DNA of 36,102 bases from an uncultured Granulosicoccaceae bacterium. GTDB taxonomy: Bacteria > Pseudomonadota > Gammaproteobacteria > Granulosicoccales > Granulosicoccaceae. Positions within the stretch are counted from its first letter, which is position 1. Each line of letters begins with the position of its first letter. Below, piece by piece: positions 29,421-36,102 of the stretch. Under the pieces are notes generated by a model that was not told where the DNA came from, did no database searches, and saw only the letters and a list, made by a program, of their open reading frames with translations. Location: positions 1-36,102 of the forward strand of contig CALFBL010000394.1 in assembly GCA_937951695.1 (NCBI GenBank), read 5' to 3'. A program made the position numbers and the translations under genes.

Positions 29421-30544
29421 TACAGTAGTTCGACATACAGGGTATTCACGTGATGACTGACCGCACGCGTCACCTCATCAAGCCCTGCAGAACCGCCTAG
29501 TTCTGCGGTAACCAGATCTCCTTGCGCAAAGGCCGCGTCCACTGCACGCTCTATCAATCCTGCGGCAAGCCTGGCATTGTCATCGTTGTGTTTCTCTGCA
29601 AGCCACTCGAGCATCATGGCACCCGACAGAAACATCGCTGTCGGATTGGCCAGTGCTTTTCCTGCGATATCCGGTGCACTGCCGTGACAGGGCTGGAACA
29701 CGGCATGCCGATCACCGATATCCGCTGACGGCGCATAGCCCATGCCACCGATCAAACCGGCACCGAGATCCGATAAAATGTCGCCGAACATATTTTCAGT
29801 CACCATCACATCGTACTCCCAGGGCTTACACAGTAAATTCAAGGACATGATATCGACATAGGCATGATCTGCGGGTATATCGTAGTGTTCTGCAACTTCG
29901 TAGAATATTTGCCTGAAAAACGCGAAAGCCGTAAAGACGTTCGCTTTATCGATGCAAGTCATGCGCGCTTTACGAGAATCTTTGCCTGCTCGTTTACGAC
30001 GACGTGATTCGGCCAAGGAAAAACTGGCCTTGAACAACTTCTCAGATATCCCGCGAGTGATGAGCAGCGTTTCACGGGCTTCCTTATTATCAATGATTGC
30101 TCCCTTACCATAGGATGCAAACAAGCCTTCGACGGATTCCCGTACCAACACAAAATCGATCGCCTTAGCCCTCGAATCAGATAAAGGCCCCGGCACCCCC
30201 GGAATACTTCGAATGGGACGTATACCCGCGTACAGTTCTAAATCAAAACGCAATTGTATTTGCGGTGTAATCTCGGTACCGTCTTCATAACGTATGGCAG
30301 GGTCTCCCATTGCTGCAAGCAGAATGGCGTCGGCAGCTTTAGCGACCTGCATCGACGATTCCGGTAAGGCGCTGCCAAGCTCCCGGTAAGCTCGTGCACC
30401 CGCCGGTACCTCCTCAGTGAGCAAGGCGATGTTACCCACCCGTTCACAAGCCCGATGCAACAACTCGAGGCACGGCGTCATTATTTCTGTACCGATGCCA
30501 TCCCCCGGAAAGACAGCAATCGAATACATTCTGGAATCAGCCAC
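29420..30544 (-). CDS. Isocitrate/isopropylmalate/tartrate dehydrogenase family protein (atypical active site)
   Basis: PGDGIG, DKANV, ENMFGDILSD and HGSAPDIAG. GTG start. Confidence 0.9.
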   Translation of the reverse strand: MADSRMYSIAVFPGDGIGTEIMTPCLELLHRACERVGNIALLTEEVPAGARAYRELGSALPESSMQVAKAADAILLAAMGDPAIRYEDGTEITPQIQLRFDLELYAGIRPIRSIPGVPGPLSDSRAKAIDFVLVRESVEGLFASYGKGAIIDNKEARETLLITRGISEKLFKASFSLAESRRRKRAGKDSRKARMTCIDKANVFTAFAFFRQIFYEVAEHYDIPADHAYVDIMSLNLLCKPWEYDVMVTENMFGDILSDLGAGLIGGMGYAPSADIGDRHAVFQPCHGSAPDIAGKALANPTAMFLSGAMMLEWLAEKHNDDNARLAAGLIERAVDAAFAQGDLVTAELGGSAGLDEVTRAVSHHVNTLYVELL

Positions 30545-30647
30545 TGATTGAGTACCTTGGTGATCGGACGGGATAGATTAGACCAGAGTCAGTGCTACCG
30601 ACAAGCATAATTTGGCAAGCTCATTCGATACGCTCAGGCGTTTCCCA

Positions 30648-31685
30648 TCATTGGCCTGCGAAATCTTCAAGGTCACCCAGGGCAACATGCCAGTGGGGTA
30701 AAGGTGCGCCGGGTACCGGGACATCGATCCAAGGAATGGCGTTCCCTAGCAAATTACCAAGATAGGCACGCGTTAAGTCGGTTCCACCAAAAGCCAGATT
30801 TGAAATATTCTTCAGCACTTTACTGTTAACCTGGTCAAGATGGGGTCGGCCCATCGTACCCGTCTCGAAAGCGTCCATCGCGCGGATAACATGGGAAGGA
30901 TCGGAGTCTTCCAGAAACAGGTTAATTTGTCGATCTTCAGTGATGTGAAGTATGCGGTTACTGACAATGCTGGTGACCCACAAGCCACCGTCAGCATCGA
31001 GCGCAAGCCCATCGGGAAATGTGCCATGACCAAACTCGACGAGCACCTGCCGTTCACTTAAACTGGCGTCGCTATGCAGGCGAAACCGCGTCAAGCGTTG
31101 GGCAAATGTCTCGTTAATGAACACCGCTTCCCGAGATTCGTCAATCACACATTCATTGGTGTAGCCAAGACCGTCGGCCACAATGCGAGCATCGGTTTCA
31201 CCCGGTTCGCACACCGCGATGAATCCGGATGAGGCACTCGGGCGATAATCCAATGATCGAGGAATTTTGCGAGTACTGACGGTTATCCAAAGTCTATCCT
31301 GGGTATCTTTCACAACATAATTGGCAGGCGGCATGGGTTCTGACTGCACGGTCAAGACCACCGGCTCCAAATGACCTGTCGCATCCAGACGAAAAACACC
31401 CCCGCGCTCATCACCGAGATGAGCCAGTAAGAATTGTCCATTCTCCTCCAGTGCGATGCCATTCGGTTTCAACCCGTTATCCAACCAGCCACTAAGGGAG
31501 TCCGGAATATCGGCGAGGATGTGTCGGGTTTCACTGCGGGTGTTGATAAGGCTGACACCGCCCGAACCGGACCAGGAGGGGACGCAAAGCAACCCACTGC
31601 TGTGGGCAACAGCGCACTCAGGACGCGTCAGGCCATCGCCTACCCAGCCTGCAATGGCCGAAACTAAAGGCTTCTTGTTCCTCAC
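30648..31685 (-). CDS. SMP-30/gluconolactonase family beta-propeller
   Basis: RPEC, PNGIAL, PANY, GLGYTNE, FPDGLALDADGGLWV and NLAFGG. Confidence 0.85.
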   Translation of the reverse strand: MRNKKPLVSAIAGWVGDGLTRPECAVAHSSGLLCVPSWSGSGGVSLINTRSETRHILADIPDSLSGWLDNGLKPNGIALEENGQFLLAHLGDERGGVFRLDATGHLEPVVLTVQSEPMPPANYVVKDTQDRLWITVSTRKIPRSLDYRPSASSGFIAVCEPGETDARIVADGLGYTNECVIDESREAVFINETFAQRLTRFRLHSDASLSERQVLVEFGHGTFPDGLALDADGGLWVTSIVSNRILHITEDRQINLFLEDSDPSHVIRAMDAFETGTMGRPHLDQVNSKVLKNISNLAFGGTDLTRAYLGNLLGNAIPWIDVPVPGAPLPHWHVALGDLEDFAGQ

Positions 31686-31918
31686 TGTCGCCTTCTAGCG
31701 CGCTTTGGATTGCGTCATTTTTCGTTGTTTCATGGGCTCTTATCTAGAGTAATCGATCTCTAGCGGCGACCCGGACCCGCTAGAGTCCCCTTTCAGGGAA
31801 AATCGGTCGGATAGTTGCTACACGGTAGAATTGGCAGCGTTTCACCGCGAGTACCCTGTTCAGCGTTTAGCCAGCATGAACACGCCCAAACCTATTTAAC
31901 CTGTTTGCAGAGTTTGCC

Positions 31919-33352
31919 ATGACCTCCACCCAACCACAACCGACGGCACGCGTCAGCGGTCGCTCAACGAGTGCTAAAGCCTTACGGCTGAATCTCGACG
32001 AGAAGAAATACGGCACTATCGCAGAAATTGGCGCGGGACAGGAGGTGGCACGCCATTTCTTTCTGGCAGGGGCTGCGGCTGGAACGGTGGCGAAAACGAT
32101 GTCTGCCTACGACATGCAATTCTCCGATGCCATCTACGGTGTGCAGGACGGCGGCCGATACGTCTCTTACGATCGCGTCAATGCCATGCTTGAGACAGAA
32201 TTTTCGTTGGTGGTAGACCGGGTTAAGGAAACCCGGCCTAAAGCGTCACGCTTTTTTGCCTATGCCGCCACAGTCTCAGCGAAAAGTTACAACCGCGATA
32301 ATGAATGTCACGCTTGGTGTGGCGTGCGTGTTCAAACCTATCCGGGTGCGGAAGCATCCAACATTATCATCCATGTACGAATGCGCGATAAAACCGCCGA
32401 AATGCAACAGGAAACACTCGGTGTTGTTGGCGTCAATTTAATCTACGCCGCGTACTACTACTTTGAAGATCCCAGAAAACTCATCAATTCACTGACCGAC
32501 AATTTGGGCTCTGATCAAATCGAGATTGATTCCATTTTTTTCAATGGTCCCTATTTTGAAGATATCGACAACCAAGCTATTAACTTGCACTTGATTAGAA
32601 GCTGGAAAACACGGGCCATTATTTTTAACCCAGATGGCACCGTAGCGGTCCCATCAAACATTTTGTACAAAAAGAATGTGTTAACCATTCGAGGATCATT
32701 TAAGCCGATCACCAATCTCAACGTGGATATGATCGAGCAAAGCAAAAACGCATTTCAAAAAGCACATGATGTGACCGACAAAAACACCCTCGTATTAGCA
32801 GAAATCACTCTGAACGATCTGAACGGCAACGACCTAATGGTGCCAGAGGAAGATCTGATACACCGAGTGACGCAACTCAACGCTCTCGGATACTCGGTGA
32901 TGATCTCTGACTACACGCGATACTTCTCTCTCAGAGCCTATTTTCGCCAGTACACATCGCTTCAAATCGGCATCGTGCTGGGAATGAAAAATGTGCGAGA
33001 AATCTTTGATGAAGAAACCTACGTGGGTGTCGAAGGCGGCATACTGGAAGGTTTTGGTAAATTGTTTCCTGACAACACCCGCTTGTTTGTTTATCCAGAG
33101 CTCAATGAAGCCGGCGAGCTGCAAGAATCCAGCTCACTGAAAGTACCCGATCATCTTCGCTATTTGTACCGACACCTGTTAGAGAATGAATTCATCTCGA
33201 GCATTAACTGTGGCAATCGGAGTCTGTTGTCAATCTACTCACGTAAGATCTTGGCGCAATTGCCAAATGGGCCCGGTGACTGGGAACAAAAGATCCCGCC
33301 ACAAATTGCCGAACAGATAAAGACACACCGGCTGTTTGGGTATCGCCCTTAG
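31919..33352 (+). CDS. CinA-like / nucleotidyltransferase-like two-domain protein (family variously annotated 'nicotinate-nucleotide adenylyltransferase' or, wrongly, 'TonB-dependent receptor')
   Basis: KALRLNLD..KYGTIAEIGAGQEVARHFF.AG, AKTMSAYDM.FSDAIYG, RGSFKPIT and GGILEGFGKLF. No signal peptide and no barrel. Confidence 0.7.
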   Translation: MTSTQPQPTARVSGRSTSAKALRLNLDEKKYGTIAEIGAGQEVARHFFLAGAAAGTVAKTMSAYDMQFSDAIYGVQDGGRYVSYDRVNAMLETEFSLVVDRVKETRPKASRFFAYAATVSAKSYNRDNECHAWCGVRVQTYPGAEASNIIIHVRMRDKTAEMQQETLGVVGVNLIYAAYYYFEDPRKLINSLTDNLGSDQIEIDSIFFNGPYFEDIDNQAINLHLIRSWKTRAIIFNPDGTVAVPSNILYKKNVLTIRGSFKPITNLNVDMIEQSKNAFQKAHDVTDKNTLVLAEITLNDLNGNDLMVPEEDLIHRVTQLNALGYSVMISDYTRYFSLRAYFRQYTSLQIGIVLGMKNVREIFDEETYVGVEGGILEGFGKLFPDNTRLFVYPELNEAGELQESSSLKVPDHLRYLYRHLLENEFISSINCGNRSLLSIYSRKILAQLPNGPGDWEQKIPPQIAEQIKTHRLFGYRP

Positions 33353-33415
33353 GCGGGCGAACACTCAGTGCTGCCAATACACCACGCCAAATATCGGTGA
33401 TTGCTCACACACTGT

Positions 33416-33826
33416 TTACTCTACTTGAAATTCCGGATCAACCGGAACCTGCAAAGCAGTTACCAGATGATTGGTCGACGCGGCCAAGGCCACGATCTGC
33501 ATCAACTCCCCATGCTCGGCGTCGCTCATGCCTTTGGCTTTAGCCGCTGCCGTATGCGAATGCACGCAGTAGCTGCATCCGTTAGCTACTGAGACTGCGA
33601 TGTAGATCATTTCGCGAGTTTTTGCATCAAGCTCTCCCGGTACCGTCATCAACGATTTTACCGTCTCCCAGGTGCGTTCCAGCCCAGGCGGATCAGCCGC
33701 CAAGGCCCGCCAGATATTGTTAACGAAGTCTGAACCCCGGGTCTCGCGGATGTCATCGAAAACCGCCTTGACCTTCGGGTTCGCTTCCACTTCAGCGTCG
33801 GTGTACAGATGCGTCGTTGCCATCAT
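33416..33826 (-). CDS. Carboxymuconolactone decarboxylase / AhpD-like protein
   Basis: REMIYIAVSVANGCSYCVHSH (CxxC plus His). AGGAG RBS. Confidence 0.9.
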   Translation of the reverse strand: MMATTHLYTDAEVEANPKVKAVFDDIRETRGSDFVNNIWRALAADPPGLERTWETVKSLMTVPGELDAKTREMIYIAVSVANGCSYCVHSHTAAAKAKGMSDAEHGELMQIVALAASTNHLVTALQVPVDPEFQVE

Positions 33827-33901
33827 GTGGCTCCTGTCTTGTGGTTAGAACGAATCCGCTCACACTGTCCGTCATAAACGGTCCTGTTGCAGTCCGCAGT
33901 G

Positions 33902-34876
33902 TTATGGAATCAATACCAGCGATCCGCCACCCGTCATGCGTTCAAGCGTGTCGTGCGCCTGGCTTGCGTATGCTAACGCCATGGGAGTCGCCTGCGCGGG
34001 AGACAAAACGCCCGACTGGAAATTATGCATCGCCTTCTGCGCCATTCGTCGATACTGATTCGAGTTTTGTAGATAGTGGAACAAAATCGGGCGCGACACC
34101 GTGAGCGACTTCGTGGCCAGTGTGCCCATGGTAATCGGATCAACTGCTCCCGAGGACTGACCAAAATTCACTAGATGCCCGCACAACGCCAACGATTGAA
34201 TGGAACCTGCAAAGGTATCTGCCCCAACGGAATCGTAGACAATGTCCACACCGGTTCCATCGGTGAGCTCGGCCAACGATTGAACAAAATCGACTTCCCG
34301 GTACTTTATTGTATGGTTGCAGCCGTTGCTTTTGGCGATACCCGCTTTAGCCTCAGTACCCACCGTTCCAATCACAACAGCCCCCATGTTGGCGGCACTC
34401 TGACAGAGCATACGACCCACTCCACCCGCAGCGGCGTGTACAAGAACTGTGATACCCGGTTTGATGGGATGCACATAAGCCGTCAGCATGTCAACTGTCA
34501 TAGCCCGCAACAAGTTAGACGCAGCCGTTTCGTCACTGACGTCATCGGGAATCGGTACGGCAAGTGTTGCTGCCAGAGTCCGGTGAGACGCGTAGGCCCC
34601 GTACCCACCGGTTACGTAGGCAATGCGGTCCCCGGGCTTCAATCCCTTCACACTCTCACCCACAGATTCAACAACACCGACTGCTTCACAGCCAGGAATG
34701 CCCGGCAAGTCAAGCGTCTTGTACAAACCAGAACGCACATAGACATCGTGATAGTTCACGCCCACAGCTGTCTGTCTAACCAGAATTTCACCCTCAGCAG
34801 GTTCTGGCTGGGCAATGTCTTCGAATTTTAATTGATCTGAATCGCCGTAGGCACGGATCACGATGGCGTTTGGCAT
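33902..34876 (-). CDS. qor: NADPH:quinone oxidoreductase (zeta-crystallin/MDR)
   Basis: GVNYHDVYVRSGLY, HAAAGGVG, VYDSVG and FGQSSG. AAGGAG RBS. Confidence 0.9.
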   Translation of the reverse strand: MPNAIVIRAYGDSDQLKFEDIAQPEPAEGEILVRQTAVGVNYHDVYVRSGLYKTLDLPGIPGCEAVGVVESVGESVKGLKPGDRIAYVTGGYGAYASHRTLAATLAVPIPDDVSDETAASNLLRAMTVDMLTAYVHPIKPGITVLVHAAAGGVGRMLCQSAANMGAVVIGTVGTEAKAGIAKSNGCNHTIKYREVDFVQSLAELTDGTGVDIVYDSVGADTFAGSIQSLALCGHLVNFGQSSGAVDPITMGTLATKSLTVSRPILFHYLQNSNQYRRMAQKAMHNFQSGVLSPAQATPMALAYASQAHDTLERMTGGGSLVLIP

Positions 34877-35125
34877 AGGGGCTCCTTAAGATCATCGCAC
34901 TTATGACAGGTCCATGCGACATAGCTGTTCACTGTATGCAAGCTCCATATTTTCAGCGTACTTAGACTAAACTATCTGCACCACCGCGTCGACACTGATT
35001 CCAGCCGGGATCCGACGTTCCTCGGCACCGGCAAAAGCGCACACTAGTTGGCGATACGGAAAAGAGATGCCCAGTGATTGTTAATTTCGCGAACTGTCGA
35101 TTGTTTTCAACAGCGGCCACACCGC

Positions 35126-36102
35126 ATGTCGTTTAATCAACTGCTGCAGTCAGAACCACTACTACGGGCTCTTACAGAGTTAAACTATAAAACCCCCACA
35201 CCCATACAAAAAGAGCCATACCCGCCGTTTTGTCAGGCAAAGATATTCTCGCCTGCGCCCAAACGGGAACAGGAAAAACTGCGGGATATTCATTGCCCTT
35301 ACTACAACGCCTGAGCCAAAGAGGACGGGTTTGCAACAATCAGGCACGATCGCTGATACTGGTACCGACTCGCGAATTGGCCATTCAGGTTGGCGACAAT
35401 CTGCGGGACTATAGCTCGCACACCCATCTAAAGTCTCTGGTGGTCTACGGTGGCGTGAAGCTCAACCCTCAAATGCAGAAGCTACGTAAAGGCGTCGACG
35501 TTCTGGTCGCCACTCCGGGTCGGCTGATTGATTTACATCAAAACAATGCGGTGAGCTTTCAACAGCTTGAAACACTGATTCTAGACGAAGCTGATCGTAT
35601 GCTCGATCTGGGCTTCGGGGAAGAACTTCAAGTCATACTTCAAGCTTTACCCAAAAAACGTCAGAACCTGATGTTCTCAGCCACCTTCGATCCAGCGACT
35701 AAAAAATTGGCTACCGCCATCGTTCACAACCCGGTAGAAATACACATTGATGAACCTAATACAACCGTGCCAACCATCAATCACCGGCTAATTCCAGTCG
35801 ATAAAAAGCGAAAACCCCAGTTGTTGATTCACTTGATCAAGCAGCATCGATGGTCACGCGCTCTGTTGTTCGTTAAAACAAAAAAAGGCGCTGACCGGCT
35901 GGTGAGCGCATTACACAAAGCCGACATTAATAGTGCAGCCATTCATGGCGATAAGAGCCAAGCGCTTCGCACAAAAGTACTCGACAGTTTCAAGCAAGAA
36001 TCGATCTGTGTATTAGTTGCGACCGACGTTGCCGCCAGAGGGATTGACATCACCGACTTAGCGCAAGTGGTTAATCTGGATCTACCTATTATCGCAACAG
36101 AC
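35126..36102 (+). CDS. rhlE: DEAD-box RNA helicase, RhlE-like (apparent frameshift near 35210; 3'-truncated by the window)
   Basis: MSFNQL...YKTPTPIQ (Q motif). After one added A in the 35208-35212 run the frame reads AIP...AQTGTGKT, PTRELA, GGVKLNPQM, TPGRL, DEAD, SAT, IHGDKSQ and ATDVAARGID, open to the window end. The ORF track misses most of it. Confidence 0.88.

Noticed and set aside
31758-31785. CTCTAGCGG/CCGCTAGAG inverted repeat between divergent genes
   Set aside because: Single copy, no U tract and not downstream of a stop. I cannot tell operator from chance.
31919-33352. TonB-dependent receptor call for this family
   Set aside because: No signal peptide, no amphipathic barrel strands and no terminal aromatic residue.
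34175-34831. 218-aa plus-strand ORF and the many other short overlapping ORFs in the track
   Set aside because: They are antisense or off-frame shadows of well-supported genes and carry no motifs.

Overview
A gene-dense, mostly housekeeping chromosomal window of a free-living proteobacterium. The host cannot be fixed from sequence alone; several genes look alphaproteobacterial, furA looks actinobacterial, and two genes look Bacteroidota/PVC-like. In order, it holds: the end of a LEA_2-type gene, a thiolase, an ExoH-like acyltransferase, DUF808, furA-katG, a TPR protein, acnA, a Tat-exported cyclase, an FAD oxidoreductase, an Omp85 barrel/NTT divergent pair, an LhgO-like oxidase, a class V aminotransferase, an EamA transporter, an ABM monooxygenase, a SWIM-SNF2 helicase, two tandem paralogous small genes, a conserved hypothetical, a YbaK protein, a three-gene sugar-acid-like cluster, a CinA/NadD-like protein, AhpD, Qor and a truncated RhlE-like helicase. 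I saw no rRNA, tRNA, CRISPR array or transposase. Three leads stand out. (1) An exported Omp85 protein whose N-terminal domain carries PI3K/HipA/CotH-type kinase motifs sits head-to-head with an NTT (ATP/ADP translocase family) gene, a possible ATP-fed extracytoplasmic kinase system. (2) A ~140-nt multi-helix RNA leader behind a near-consensus promoter precedes two tandem 'glyoxalase-superfamily N-domain' paralogs that the ORF track splits. (3) An actinobacterial-type furA has an apparently intact FurA box and a leaderless promoter in front of katG. Three single-A-short homopolymer frameshifts suggest sequencing error. All family calls come from motif recognition; no searches were run.
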